DNA of 64,000 nucleotides from Patescibacteria group bacterium (GCA_018817595.1 JAHITU010000024.1:11155-75154), one strand, 5' to 3'; positions 53,907 to 64,000 are shown, counted from the stretch's first letter. Notes: generated by a model from the sequence alone, not told the origin. Numbers and translations: made by a program.

Positions 53907-54110
53907 CTATCTAGCTGTAAAAGGCAAAAGTGCTAAGAATCTAGCTCTTTTAATTGCAGTAGCTAATTGTCTTTGGTGTTTTGCGCAAAGACCAGTTCTT
54001 TTTCTTGATAAAATTCTTCCGTGAGGATTAATGAATTTTTTTAAAGCTTCAAGATCTTTGTAGTCAATTTGCTCCACATTATTTTGTGTAAAATAGCATT
54101 GTTGTGACAT
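53907..54110 (-). CDS. rpsR: 30S ribosomal protein S18
   Basis: [32 protein letters not shown]. Confidence 0.9.
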   Translation of the reverse strand: MSQQCYFTQNNVEQIDYKDLEALKKFINPHGRILSRKRTGLCAKHQRQLATAIKRARFLALLPFTAR

Positions 54111-54171
54111 ATTTTTATTAATTTAAAATTTAAAATTTATAATCTATAATTCTAAAAATCTTTCCAGATTT

Positions 54172-54624
54172 TTAGAACGGAATATCATCTGGATTTATTT
54201 CCTCTGTAGGATAATCAATTCCTTCTGATTTTGGGGCTTCTGCACTTTGGTCATCCCCGTTGTTAGATGATTGAGCAGTAGGTGTGTATGATCCCCCATC
54301 TTTTCTTGGTCCAAATTGTATCCTCTCAGCAACAATCTCTGTTCTATATTTTTTAACTCCATCAGCCTCCCAGCTTTGAGTTTGTAATCTTCCCTCAACT
54401 AGTACTGAAGAACCTTTTTTAAGATACTGAGCAGAAGTTTCAGCTTGTCTTCCAAAAACCACAACATTGTGGAATTCGACAGCTTCTTGCTTATTTCCCT
54501 CTTTATCTTTCCAAACTCTATTTGTAGCTACTCCCATATTAGCTACTTGAATACCTGAAGGAAGAGCTTTTAATTCTGGGCCTCGAGTTAAATTCCCTAT
54601 TATTATTGCTTTGTTTAGATACAT
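54172..54624 (-). CDS. ssb: Single-stranded DNA-binding protein
   Basis: OB-fold N-terminus (NKAIIIGNLTRGPELK...), Gly/Ser-rich linker, and acidic tail ending DDIPF. Confidence 0.9.
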   Translation of the reverse strand: MYLNKAIIIGNLTRGPELKALPSGIQVANMGVATNRVWKDKEGNKQEAVEFHNVVVFGRQAETSAQYLKKGSSVLVEGRLQTQSWEADGVKKYRTEIVAERIQFGPRKDGGSYTPTAQSSNNGDDQSAEAPKSEGIDYPTEEINPDDIPF

Positions 54625-54714
54625 ATTTTTTTGGTAGGTAGAATGTTGAATGTAGAATGTTGATTAATAATTTGCGAAGCAAATTTCCACCCTCCACCCT
54701 CCACTTTCCACCTT

Positions 54715-55275
54715 CTATTTAATAATTAAATTTTCAATTGTTTCGTCTAAATCTTCTTTTTCTTTTCTGTCATCCTCAGATACAACTTCTTCTTTAACAT
54801 CTTCTATTATAGCTTCTTCTTTATTTTCTTCATCAGCTACTTCTTCTTTTTTTACTATTTTTACAGGTTCGATTTCTTTTTCTTTATCTTTGTCTGTAAT
54901 ACCTGAATCTTTTTTAACAGAAATAGGTTTTTTAACTTCTGATACTAAAGTATCTTTTTTAATAGTCTTAATTAACAGGAATCGCATAATATTTTCATAT
55001 TTATCCAATTCTGTTTTAAGAGCAACAACTTTTTCTACTTCTACTTCGAATTTAATCCAAGCGAAATAAGCTTTTTCAAATATTTGTTTATCAGCTCCGA
55101 ACATTTTTGAAATAGGATAAGCTAAGTTTATAAGTTTAGGCTCATCACCTGACAAAAAACTTGCTCCTTTTTTTTCTAAAATAGCTTTTACATTAGCTAC
55201 TTCAGTCAAAACATCCTCTTCAGAAATACTTGGAAGTAACAAATATCCAATTTCATACACTTCTTTTTCTGACAT
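54715..55275 (-). CDS. rpsF: 30S ribosomal protein S6, with an acidic C-terminal extension of about 80 aa
   Basis: YEIGYLLLPSISEEDV...LINLAYPISK...AYFAWIKFEV. Conserved rpsF-ssb-rpsR order. Confidence 0.85.
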   Translation of the reverse strand: MSEKEVYEIGYLLLPSISEEDVLTEVANVKAILEKKGASFLSGDEPKLINLAYPISKMFGADKQIFEKAYFAWIKFEVEVEKVVALKTELDKYENIMRFLLIKTIKKDTLVSEVKKPISVKKDSGITDKDKEKEIEPVKIVKKEEVADEENKEEAIIEDVKEEVVSEDDRKEKEDLDETIENLIIK

Positions 55276-55567
55276 ATTTTTTTCTTGGGTAGTTAGTTTT
55301 ATTTATCATAAGACAAATATCGGAAAAAAATTTTCATTTTTTACTACCCCTCCTTAATTTCTATTAATGTATTAAAAATCATGTAAAATTCTGACTTCTA
55401 ATTACATCAAGATTATCATAGCTATTTCTTTATTGCAAATAAAAAAATTAGATAAAAAGAGTCGAACAGCTAAAGCTGTTCGACTCTTTTTATCTAATTT
55501 TCAGTATTAAGTATTAAGTAGTATGTATTAAGGTAAAATTTGCAAAGCAAATTTTACTCATGATTAT

Positions 55568-56374
55568 TTAAATTACCTTAAATAAATCTTGAATGTTTCG
55601 GTTTAAAATAACTCTAATTTCCTCTAAATCCATATCCTTAAGCTCTGAAAGTTTTTTATACACCTCTATCACATATTTAGGCTCGTTTCTCTTACCCCTA
55701 TATGGTTCAGGAGCTACAAAGGGAGCATCTGTTTCAGGCAAAATACGGTTTAAAGGCAAAAACTGAACAACTTCATCATAATCATGAGTAAAAGTTAAAA
55801 CCCCTCCAAAAGAGAAATAAAAACCTAAGTCTAAATATTTCTGAGCTTCCTCTATACCTCCTGAGAAAAAATGGATTACTCCTCTTAATTTATCACCGAA
55901 TTCCTGTTTTTTAGATTCTAGAATTTCAATTATTTCCTTATGGGCATCACGACAGTGCACAATAATAGGTAAATCATTTTTTACCGCAAAATCTATTTGT
56001 TTTTTAAATAATTCAATTTGCCTTTCTTTTTCGTCTGCATCAATCTGCGTTAATTCTGCATTTTTTCCGTGTTTTATAAGAAATTCCAACCCACATTCCC
56101 CTATTCCCACCACTTTTGGATTTTTGACTAATTCTTCAAAATCTTTTTCATTAAATTCCTCACCGGCATCAGTGGGGTGAAATCCGATAGTAGCAAAAAC
56201 ATTTTCATATTTGTTTGCTAAATTAACAGCTTCAAATGAAGACTTTTTATCAACCCCAATCGTAATCACACCCATATCTTCCTTTTGAAGATTTTGGATT
56301 AATTCCTCTCGGTCGTCATCATATTGACTCATATCTAAATGAGCATGGGTATCAAAATATTTATAATTATCCAT
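55568..56374 (-). CDS. tatD: TatD-family metal-dependent DNase
   Basis: FDTHAHLD, IGECGLE, VIHCRDA and ETDAPF, the motifs of the TIM-barrel TatD hydrolases. Confidence 0.85.
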   Translation of the reverse strand: MDNYKYFDTHAHLDMSQYDDDREELIQNLQKEDMGVITIGVDKKSSFEAVNLANKYENVFATIGFHPTDAGEEFNEKDFEELVKNPKVVGIGECGLEFLIKHGKNAELTQIDADEKERQIELFKKQIDFAVKNDLPIIVHCRDAHKEIIEILESKKQEFGDKLRGVIHFFSGGIEEAQKYLDLGFYFSFGGVLTFTHDYDEVVQFLPLNRILPETDAPFVAPEPYRGKRNEPKYVIEVYKKLSELKDMDLEEIRVILNRNIQDLFKVI

Positions 56375-56376
56375 AA

Positions 56377-56589
56377 TTAATCTTTAACCTTAACTAATTT
56401 ATATTTTTTATTTCTATAAACAACCTTTACTTTTTTAAGATCTTTTTCAATCATTTTTTGTTCTTTCTTTGTTTTATAATTTTCTTGTTTAATATAACAA
56501 TGACCAAAAATCTTAGATTCCAAGAGTTTATCATCGTCAAAATATATTTCTGCTAATCTATTATTTACTTTTCCAAAACACCATCGCAT
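56377..56589 (-). CDS. Small basic hypothetical protein (70 aa)
   Basis: ORF abutting the tatD start. No recognisable family. Confidence 0.25.
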   Translation of the reverse strand: MRWCFGKVNNRLAEIYFDDDKLLESKIFGHCYIKQENYKTKKEQKMIEKDLKKVKVVYRNKKYKLVKVKD

Positions 56590-56676
56590 AACTATGTTTA
56601 ATTAAATTTTATAAATATTTTTTAATTCATCAAAAAACTGTAACTATTTTTTGATTATTTTTTATGTATTTAAAAT

Positions 56677-56934
56677 CTAATTTTTATATATATCTTTTCT
56701 TAACCCTATTTTATAAATTTCTATATTTTTTTTATTAACCAAGAACAAGATTCTATATTTACCTACTCTTCTTCTAAAACCAACAAAAGGGTGCTTAAGT
56801 TTTTTTGTATTTCTCGTCTTTTCAGAAAAATGTTCTAATTCAGTACAAGCGACTAAAATATCTTCCTTTATTTTAGAATTTAATTTCCCTAAAGATTTAT
56901 CAGCTGGTTTATCCAGCAGTACTTTATAGACCAT
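56677..56934 (-). CDS. relE: RelE/ParE-family type II toxin
   Basis: 85 aa. ...FVGFRRRVGKYRILFLVNKKNIEIYKIGLRKDIY matches the RelE/ParE C-terminal consensus (R.G.YRI.Y......I.I..I.HRKD.Y). Confidence 0.7.
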   Translation of the reverse strand: MVYKVLLDKPADKSLGKLNSKIKEDILVACTELEHFSEKTRNTKKLKHPFVGFRRRVGKYRILFLVNKKNIEIYKIGLRKDIYKN

Positions 56935-57160
56935 TTTTTTTCTTTACGTCATTTAAACTTATAAAATCTTTTTTAGAAGTTCTCACCGCCTTTCCTAAAT
57001 CAATGGAATCTATAATATCTTCTAGCATATCTAAATTTACGATAGCTGCCACAGGAAAACCATCTTTTTCCAAAATGATTCTTTCTTTATTCAAAGAAAC
57101 CCGCTTAACTACAGACCCTAAATTAATTCTAGCTTTTGTAATGGGCATTGTTGTTACCAT
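56924..57160 (-). CDS. phd: Phd/YefM-family antitoxin
   Basis: 78 aa. The N-terminal ITKARINLGSVVKRVSLNKERIILEKDGFPVAAIV is Phd/YefM-like. Overlaps the toxin gene by 11 nt. Confidence 0.6.
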   Translation of the reverse strand: MVTTMPITKARINLGSVVKRVSLNKERIILEKDGFPVAAIVNLDMLEDIIDSIDLGKAVRTSKKDFISLNDVKKKNGL

Positions 57161-57237
57161 AATAATTTTATATTGATTAATGTTAATTAACGTTAATTAT
57201 AGCAATAAATAAAATAAAAACAACTTTAATGTTGTTT

Positions 57238-58665
57238 CTATTTCCTTAAGAATAATAGTTCTAAAGGGGCTTTTTTAGATTTAATTATTTCTTGTATCTT
57301 TTGGGCAGTTTCTGGAATAAAAATCTCTAACAAATTAGCGATTTCCCACAATACAGGAACATAATCGGCCACCATTTCTTGAGCTTTTCCTAAATCTTCT
57401 TTTGCCACCTTAAAAGGTTCTTCCTCTTGAATTTTCCCGTCTAGATATTTTATTTTTTCCCAAATCAAACCACTGGCTCCGTTTAAATCAAAATCATCCA
57501 TAAATTTAACAAAACCCTCTTGATTCTCTAATTTAAAATCCTTAAGTTCAAAATAGATTTCATAGTTCTCTACCATCTTCATTATCCGACTCACTAAATT
57601 CCCTAACCCATTAGCTAGATCAGCATTATACATATCTTTAATTTTTTCTAAAGTAACATCAGAATCTTCATACATATTTATATATCTAGCTACTAAATAT
57701 CGCAAAGTATCAGTTCCATATTCATCCGTAATTTCCAAAGGATTTATTACATTACCTATACTCTTACTCATTTTTTGCCCTCCAGAATTTATAAATCCAA
57801 AGACATGTACTTGCTTAGAAGACTCTAAGCCGGCAGACATCAACATTGCTTGCCACATCGCAGATTGTTGTCTTAAATTATCTTTTCCACAAACTTGGAA
57901 CACAGGCCAATATTGTTCAAATTTTCCCATATCATTTGGCCACCCGATTGTAGATACATAATTAACTAAAGCATCAAACCAAACATACATCACATGGTCT
58001 TCATCCCCAGGAACTGGAACCCCCCAAGACATCTTTTCCTTTAAACGAGAGATGCTGAAATCTTGTAATCCCCTTTCTACGAATTTTTTAATTTCATTTT
58101 GACGGAAATCTGGAATTACAAAATTAGGATTTTCTTCATATAATTTTAAAAGTTTTTCTTGATAATTAGAAAACCTGAAAAAATAATTTTCTTCTTCAAT
58201 CTCTTCTATTTTTTTACCTGGGTGTAAAGGGCATTCTCCGTTTACTAATTCTGAATCAGTTTTTTCTAATTCACACCCAACACAATATTTTACTTTATAT
58301 ATTTTTTTATAAATATCTCCATTCTCTTCACATTTTTTCCAAAATTCTTGAGCAGCTTCCTGATGATAATCATCTGTAGTTCTAATCAAATTGGTATAAT
58401 CTACATTCATCTTTTGGACTTGATCTTTAAATCGATTAACCTGATTATCTACCAAATCTTGTACATCTATACCTTTTTCTTGGGCTGTATTAAATATTTT
58501 TTGTCCATGCTCATCAGTTCCTGTATTTAAAATAACATCAAACCCTATCAATCTTTTGTAGCGAGCTAAAATATCTGCACGAATAAATTCTGCAGCATGT
58601 CCTATATGTAAATCTGCATTTACATAAGCAAGAGTGGTAGTAATATAAAATTTTTCTTTTTCCAT
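57238..58665 (-). CDS. metG: Methionyl-tRNA synthetase (short form)
   Basis: HIGH motif (ADLHIGHAAE), KMSKS, and a zinc knuckle CVGCE...CPLH. Confidence 0.9.
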   Translation of the reverse strand: MEKEKFYITTTLAYVNADLHIGHAAEFIRADILARYKRLIGFDVILNTGTDEHGQKIFNTAQEKGIDVQDLVDNQVNRFKDQVQKMNVDYTNLIRTTDDYHQEAAQEFWKKCEENGDIYKKIYKVKYCVGCELEKTDSELVNGECPLHPGKKIEEIEEENYFFRFSNYQEKLLKLYEENPNFVIPDFRQNEIKKFVERGLQDFSISRLKEKMSWGVPVPGDEDHVMYVWFDALVNYVSTIGWPNDMGKFEQYWPVFQVCGKDNLRQQSAMWQAMLMSAGLESSKQVHVFGFINSGGQKMSKSIGNVINPLEITDEYGTDTLRYLVARYINMYEDSDVTLEKIKDMYNADLANGLGNLVSRIMKMVENYEIYFELKDFKLENQEGFVKFMDDFDLNGASGLIWEKIKYLDGKIQEEEPFKVAKEDLGKAQEMVADYVPVLWEIANLLEIFIPETAQKIQEIIKSKKAPLELLFLRK

Positions 58666-58678
58666 AATGGTTTTTTAA

Positions 58679-59755
58679 TTATTTAGATTCTTCTGATAAT
58701 CTCTTCTTGCCTTTTTCTACATCATTAAAAAATTCCATCATTACTGCAGCAATAGGTACTGCAATTAAAATACCTAAAAAACCAGCTAATTTAGCCCCCA
58801 CCATTAAAGCAATAATAACCATTAGGGGTGGAACCCCTACAACTTTTTTAACTACTAATGGATAAATTAAGTGATTTTCAAATTGTTGAATGATTACAAA
58901 GAAGCCCAAAACAATTAGACCCATAGTGGTCCCCCCATCAGCAAAAGCAATCAAGATAGCAGGAATAGCCGCCAGAATAGGACCAAATAACGGAATCAAT
59001 TCAGCAAAAGCAGATACCAATGCCAACAACAAAGCATATCTTATTCCTAATATCATTAAGCCTAAATATACAAAAACCCCAATCAAAAGAGCTAGTAATA
59101 ATTGACCTTGCATCCACAAACCAATTTTTAATTGTGACCTTCTCCAAAGATCTATAACATAACTTTCTTGTTTTAAAGGAGTAATTATTTTCAAAAAATT
59201 AACAATACCATATTCTTGTACTGCAAAATAAAAAGAGAAAACTAAAATTAAAACAAAAGAGAAAAGACCTCCGAAGATGTTGTTAATTGTTTGCCAGAAA
59301 GAACTAAAGGTACTAGCGATAGTATTTCTAATTCCAACAACTACATCAGCCACAGAAAAACCTGATGATAACCCTTCTATAGTTGTAGGCGAAAGAAAAC
59401 CACTTTGAGCAAGAGGATTCCATAATTCAATTTTTTCAATATAATCAGGCAACATTACTATAAAAGCAAAAACTTCATCTAAAACAAGCGGAACAAAAGC
59501 AATAAAGATCCCAGCAAGACAGGAAAAAGCAGCTAGATAGATTATAATAACAGCCAAAACTCTTGGTATTTTGAACTTCATCAGCCATTTTGTGATTGGT
59601 TCAATAGAAGAAGCTAGGACAACCGCAGTAAGAATAATTAAAGCTAAATCCCTAAATAGATAAAGCATTATAAACAACATTATAAATAATAATGTTCTAA
59701 TAATTGTGCCTGAATTTATACTGACTAAAATATCCTTGGGTTCTTTATTTAACAT
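58679..59755 (-). CDS. AI-2E family transporter (PerM / UPF0118)
   Basis: 8 TM helices, with the typical long central cytoplasmic loop and a C-terminal Gly-rich helix. Confidence 0.65.
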   Translation of the reverse strand: MLNKEPKDILVSINSGTIIRTLLFIMLFIMLYLFRDLALIILTAVVLASSIEPITKWLMKFKIPRVLAVIIIYLAAFSCLAGIFIAFVPLVLDEVFAFIVMLPDYIEKIELWNPLAQSGFLSPTTIEGLSSGFSVADVVVGIRNTIASTFSSFWQTINNIFGGLFSFVLILVFSFYFAVQEYGIVNFLKIITPLKQESYVIDLWRRSQLKIGLWMQGQLLLALLIGVFVYLGLMILGIRYALLLALVSAFAELIPLFGPILAAIPAILIAFADGGTTMGLIVLGFFVIIQQFENHLIYPLVVKKVVGVPPLMVIIALMVGAKLAGFLGILIAVPIAAVMMEFFNDVEKGKKRLSEESK

Positions 59756-59809
59756 ACATAAATATTAACATAAAATATTGGAATGTGGAAAGTGGAATGT
59801 GGGATGTAG

Positions 59810-59834
59810 AAAAGCTAGGATTTACCTAGCTTTT
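59810..59834. terminator. Hairpin terminator after the M16 peptidase gene
   Basis: aaaagctagg-attta-cctagctttt. Confidence 0.45.
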
Positions 59835-59862
59835 CAATACTTTAAATTTTATAAACCTTAAT

Positions 59863-61131
59863 TTAAAAATTAAGAATTTTTTTAATGGATTTTTTATTTT
59901 TAACAGGACCAATCAATGATAAATTCAAACCCTTGTCTACAAAAATTTTATTAGCCACTCTTTTAATATCCTTAGAGGTCACAACTTTAATTCTTTTAAT
60001 TTTTTCTTCTGGAGTTAATATTTTATCTTTCAATAATTCTTGAGAACCAAAATAATTGGCAATCTCATCAGATGATTCCAAACCTAGATACATATTCCCT
60101 ATCATAGAATCCTTTACTTTTTGTAGTTCATCATCAGGAACTAATTCTTCTTTTAATTTTTTAAGTTCAGTTAATAAAACACTTATTACCTCATCAACTC
60201 TCTTATTATCCACTCCTGCTGAAATACCCATAAAACCATGATCAAAAGCAGGATCATTTTCAGCCCGAACATAATAACAAACTCCCATTTCATCTCTCAT
60301 TTTTCTACTCAACCGAGAACTCAAGCCAGCACCTAGAAGGTTTGCAATTACAGATACTGTCATTGTATCTTTGTTGAAATAATCATAAGCCCTTACCCCT
60401 AAAAGTAAATGGGTTTGGTCTACTTTTTTATTACGCACAAAGACTTCTGGTTTATTTTGAATATCTTTTGTTTTAGTCTTTTTTAGACTCTTTTTTGAAT
60501 TAATATCCTTAAATTTAGCCTGAATGTCTAAAACTATTTTTTTCTCATCAAATTTACCAGACACAATGATAACTGTATTTTCAGCTACATATCTCTTGTC
60601 CCTGTATTCCAAAAAATCTTTTTGTTTAAATTTATTAATATTTTTTTTAGAACCCACTATCAACATCCCAGAGGGTTGGTCTTTATATAATAACTTCAAA
60701 AAATCTTCTTCTACCTGTCTCATAGGTAAATCTCTGTACATATTTAATTCACCCAAAATAACACCTTTTTCTTTTTTAATTTCTTTTTCTTCGAAAACAG
60801 GATTTAAATACATATCAGAAATAATATCTAATAGCTTCTCTCCTTGTTTATAGTGAGCCTTTGCCCAGTAACCAGTGTATTCATACCCAGTGAAAGCATT
60901 GTAGCGTGAGCCTAATTTATCTAGCTCTAAAGGGATATCTCCTGTATGAGGACGATTTTTAGTAGCCTTGAAAGACATGTGCTCCAGGAAATGAGAGATT
61001 CCATTATTATTTTTATCCTCGTAATCTGTTCCTGCTTTTACTAAAACTAAAACAGTAGTGGTAACATTCCCTACTATCGGAGCAGTAATTATTCTCAACC
61101 CGTTTTTTAATGTTTTCTTTTTGTAATTCAT
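59863..61131 (-). CDS. M16-family zinc metallopeptidase (insulinase-like)
   Basis: Inverted zincin motif HFLEHM with a downstream E. 422 aa. Confidence 0.8.
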   Translation of the reverse strand: MNYKKKTLKNGLRIITAPIVGNVTTTVLVLVKAGTDYEDKNNNGISHFLEHMSFKATKNRPHTGDIPLELDKLGSRYNAFTGYEYTGYWAKAHYKQGEKLLDIISDMYLNPVFEEKEIKKEKGVILGELNMYRDLPMRQVEEDFLKLLYKDQPSGMLIVGSKKNINKFKQKDFLEYRDKRYVAENTVIIVSGKFDEKKIVLDIQAKFKDINSKKSLKKTKTKDIQNKPEVFVRNKKVDQTHLLLGVRAYDYFNKDTMTVSVIANLLGAGLSSRLSRKMRDEMGVCYYVRAENDPAFDHGFMGISAGVDNKRVDEVISVLLTELKKLKEELVPDDELQKVKDSMIGNMYLGLESSDEIANYFGSQELLKDKILTPEEKIKRIKVVTSKDIKRVANKIFVDKGLNLSLIGPVKNKKSIKKILNF

Positions 61132-61312
61132 TTTTATTATTTTTAATTTTTATACAGCAAGTGTAATATACCACCACCAAAAAAGCAAAAATTCCATCGG
61201 CTCTCTAGTGAGCCGATGGAATTTTTGCTTTTCTAATATTTCTGGACTGTTTCCCTCTTCATCGGCGGGTCGCCGATGAAATGACTTAAATCATAAATCT
61301 TAAATCGTAAAT

Positions 61313-62701
61313 CTAATTATTTAACTTAGTAGTTAAATAATCTTCTAACTCTTCGATTTTTATTCTTTCTTGTTCCATAGTATCTCTATCTCGCACAGTC
61401 ACTGAATTATCTTCCAGAGAATCAAAATCAAAAGTGACACAATAAGGGGTTCCGATTTCATCCTGTCTTCGGTACCTCTTACCGATTGATTGAGTCTCAT
61501 CATACTGACATACGAACTTATCTTTCATTGAATTAAATAATTCTTTTGTTGGTTCTGCTAATTCGTCTTTTTTAGACAGAGGCAAAAAAGCCACTTTAAT
61601 TGGAGCTAATTTCTTTGGGAATTTTAGAACCACCCGAGTCTCATCCCCTACTTGTTCTTTTGTATAAGCCTCTGATAAAACTGCCAAAAAGATTCTTCCT
61701 AGTCCCACTGACGTCTCTAAAATCCAAGGAACAAATTTATTTCCATCCTCATTAAAAGACAAATCAACCCCAGAAAACTTAGAATGCTGAGTTAAATCAT
61801 AATCAGTTCTATCATGGATTCCTTCAAGTTCATCAAATCCATAAGTCGGATAATTGTATTCTATATCCCAAGCATCTTTGGCATAAAAAACTAAATTTTC
61901 GTGTTGATGCCATCTTAATTTTTCCTCAGATAAGCCTAAATCTAGATACCATTGCCATCGCTCTTGTTTTATCTCTTCATATTTATCTTTGTTTTCATTT
62001 GGTCTAATGAAATATTGTGTATCAGCTTGTTCAAATTCACGACATCTAAAAAGAAAATTTCTAGGTGAAATTTCATTTCTGAAAGCCTTGTTTATTTGAG
62101 CAATTCCAAAAGGAAACTTTGGATGCATAGAATCTATCACATTTTTAAAGTTTAAATAAATACCTTGGCATGCTTCTCCTGGTAAATAAACTGGTTCAGA
62201 ACCTTTTTCTGTAAAATCTCCATAATTGGATTTTATTAACATATTAAAGTTTCTAGCTCTAGAAAAATCCTTTTTGCCACAGTTATGACATTTAATTTTA
62301 TCCTTATTTTCTTCAAATAATTTATTAATTTCTTCTTCTGACATTTTTTCATCTGCAACAACTCCTATATTCATTAATTCTTTATCCACCCTTATTCTAG
62401 TATTACAATTTCTACATTCAGCTAAAGGATCAGAAAATCCTGATGTATGTCCTGATGCCTCCCAAACCTTTGGATGCTTAAACATTGCTGAGTCCAGACC
62501 ATAATAATCTTCTCTTTTCTGAACTACTTCTTTCCACCAAAAACTTCTAATATTATTCAATAATTCAACCCCTAAAGGACCAAAATCAAATGCGCCAGCT
62601 AAACCTCCGTAAATTTCAGAGCCTTGATACACAAAACCTTTTCTTTTTGATAATGAAATAATATCGTCCATTGTTTTTTCTATTTTTTTATTTTCTTCCA
62701 T
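61313..62701 (-). CDS. glyQS: Glycyl-tRNA synthetase, alpha2 dimeric type
   Basis: Class II motifs, including FRNEISPRNFLFRCREFEQAD (motif 2) and GLGRIFLAVL (motif 3 region). 462 aa. Confidence 0.9.
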   Translation of the reverse strand: MEENKKIEKTMDDIISLSKRKGFVYQGSEIYGGLAGAFDFGPLGVELLNNIRSFWWKEVVQKREDYYGLDSAMFKHPKVWEASGHTSGFSDPLAECRNCNTRIRVDKELMNIGVVADEKMSEEEINKLFEENKDKIKCHNCGKKDFSRARNFNMLIKSNYGDFTEKGSEPVYLPGEACQGIYLNFKNVIDSMHPKFPFGIAQINKAFRNEISPRNFLFRCREFEQADTQYFIRPNENKDKYEEIKQERWQWYLDLGLSEEKLRWHQHENLVFYAKDAWDIEYNYPTYGFDELEGIHDRTDYDLTQHSKFSGVDLSFNEDGNKFVPWILETSVGLGRIFLAVLSEAYTKEQVGDETRVVLKFPKKLAPIKVAFLPLSKKDELAEPTKELFNSMKDKFVCQYDETQSIGKRYRRQDEIGTPYCVTFDFDSLEDNSVTVRDRDTMEQERIKIEELEDYLTTKLNN

Positions 62702-62789
62702 AATAATTTTATTTAATTTTTAATTTATAGTATTTACTTTATATCAAAGTGGCAAAAAAATCCACTTTCTACATTCAACCTTCTACTTT

Positions 62790-64000
62790 CTAATTAACCA
62801 CATCCTCATCCCCTGACTTATAAATAGGATCCGTTTCAAAACTTGTAGTTACTGCTTTGATAGGATAACTTATCTTTTTACCTGTAAAATCATCAATTCC
62901 TTCTATTCTAATATTATCTACCAGAACAGGTTCGGAACCGACTTGACTTAGACTTGGTAAAAAGGACACTTGAAAACTAACTTCTTTGGCAGAAGTAGTA
63001 ATGCCGGACCCGGCAGGAATATCACCTATATCCCAAATAATTTCACCTCCAACTTGATTAAATTTAACATTTTCAAAAGTGGGATAAATCTTGTTCATCC
63101 ATTTAACATAAGATGGAAGTGAAGCTGTGACTTTCGCGCCAGATATACTATTTGATGTGTTATTAGCAGTTAAAACAATAGTGTAAGTTGTTTCTTTGTC
63201 GGCTTTTGGTGGAATAGGTCCACTATTTTCAAAAGAACCAACAGAATAAAGATTTCGAGCGGTTAAAAGTAAATCTGTGTTTACTCTTACTGTTTTAATT
63301 ATTCTTGTTTCAACTTCTTCAACAGAAGAACCTGACTCTGAAGCTTGATTAGCTCGGATAATCAATTCTATTTCTATTTCAGGGTTTTTTATTCCAGAAT
63401 TTGAAATGTAAGAAAGAGGATAAATATTAAAACTAAAACTAAGAGTTCCGTCTGTAGCTGGATTTAATACTGCCAATTGAGGGCTATCTTTTTTGTTCCA
63501 AATTATTTTATTATCATGAGACCGATAGTAACCTTCATCAGAGAATACAGAACCTTTATCTAAAATATTACCTTTTAAATTAACCTCCACTACGGCATCC
63601 GTTAACTTGGTAATTAAATTATTTGACCATAATATATCTGCTCGAACAGATTTTCCACTTGAAGTTATATATTCTGAACTATAATCACCATTCAATACCA
63701 ACTCTGAACCAATAAGAGTTTTCTTTATCAAAATAGGTTCCATAATAGAAACTAATTTAGCTTTTATTTCGTTAGCATTTTCTTGATCTTCTGAACCACC
63801 ATAAAATCTAAAAATTCTTTCTTCTTCATCTTGACCTTCTAAAACACCTTCTATTTTCAAAGTCCTTTTAGAATTTGGAGCAATATCACCCAAACTCCAG
63901 ACGGTATTTCGGTAACTAGGAGAAAGACTAGAACTTTTAAAATCAAACCCAAAAGGATAATCTACCTCAAAAAGAAAATCTTTTACAACCTTATTGGAAT
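62790..64000 (-). CDS. Hypothetical beta-rich (probably surface) protein, partial; it continues past the window end
   Basis: ORF-track start 63893 is a TTG. Manual back-translation shows the frame stays open to position 64000 (...SNKVVKDFLFEVDYPFGFDFKSSSLSPSYRNTVWSLGDIAPNSK). Confidence 0.4.
   Translation of the reverse strand, partial: SNKVVKDFLFEVDYPFGFDFKSSSLSPSYRNTVWSLGDIAPNSKRTLKIEGVLEGQDEEERIFRFYGGSEDQENANEIKAKLVSIMEPILIKKTLIGSELVLNGDYSSEYITSSGKSVRADILWSNNLITKLTDAVVEVNLKGNILDKGSVFSDEGYYRSHDNKIIWNKKDSPQLAVLNPATDGTLSFSFNIYPLSYISNSGIKNPEIEIELIIRANQASESGSSVEEVETRIIKTVRVNTDLLLTARNLYSVGSFENSGPIPPKADKETTYTIVLTANNTSNSISGAKVTASLPSYVKWMNKIYPTFENVKFNQVGGEIIWDIGDIPAGSGITTSAKEVSFQVSFLPSLSQVGSEPVLVDNIRIEGIDDFTGKKISYPIKAVTTSFETDPIYKSGDEDVVN

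Noticed and set aside
62790-63893. Treating 62790..63893 as a complete gene starting at the ORF-track Met.
   Set aside because: The listed start is a TTG, and the frame stays open upstream to the window edge with no stop before 64000. It is therefore annotated as a partial CDS continuing beyond the window.
1-64000. Search for rRNA or tRNA genes.
   Set aside because: No rRNA-like conserved stretches, and no GTTCGAATC-type T-arm with a matching acceptor stem, were found in any non-coding interval. None are reported.

Overview
This window is AT-rich (about 30% GC) and almost entirely coding on the minus strand. Its gene content matches a small-genome, Patescibacteria/CPR-like bacterium. The core is a ribosomal-protein (spc-type) operon: rpsS-rplV-rpsC-rplP-rpmC-rpsQ-rplN-rplX-rplE, then rpsZ-rpsH-rplF-rplR-rpsE-rplO-secY-adk-map, followed by tlyA and ndk. 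L30 is absent between S5 and L15. A separate, independently terminated transcription unit sits between rplE and rpsZ: a MacB/FtsX-type ABC transporter plus a 1958-aa fibronectin-III/discoidin surface protein. Other housekeeping genes are secA (5' fragment), murB, rplJ-rplL, ftsK, recA, efp, rpsF-ssb-rpsR, tatD, metG, glyQS, an M16 peptidase and an AI-2E family transporter. Accessory content includes several giant secreted proteins: a 1012-aa protein with a thrombospondin-type-1 repeat, a 1332-aa phospholipase-C-like/lamin-tail/beta-helix protein, and a 1187-aa GC-rich S-layer-like protein. There is also a Phd/RelE toxin-antitoxin pair, and an IS200-like REP-associated tyrosine transposase (RAYT) flanked by its own 25-nt REP palindromes. 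The most unusual signals are not protein-coding. (1) A family of GC-rich composite palindromic repeats of about 125 bp (MITE/BIME/RPE-like) is scattered through intergenic spacers, including inside the ribosomal operon, and one copy is inserted in frame within murB. (2) A 19-21-nt AT-rich palindrome, AAATTTGCGAAGCAAATTT, recurs in the 5' regions of at least 11 genes with compensatory arm substitutions. (3) A 1.6-kb gene-free locus at 33.5-35.1 kb carries four consecutive plus-strand units, each with a sigma70-like promoter and an intrinsic terminator, which are candidate structured small RNAs. (4) A structured leader or small RNA, bounded by two terminators and containing a UUCG hairpin, lies upstream of an O-antigen-ligase/TPR membrane protein gene. 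Shine-Dalgarno sequences are essentially absent upstream of the ribosomal-protein genes examined, while AGGAGG-like runs occur displaced about 60-90 nt upstream of some of those start codons. No rRNA, tRNA or CRISPR array was recognised.
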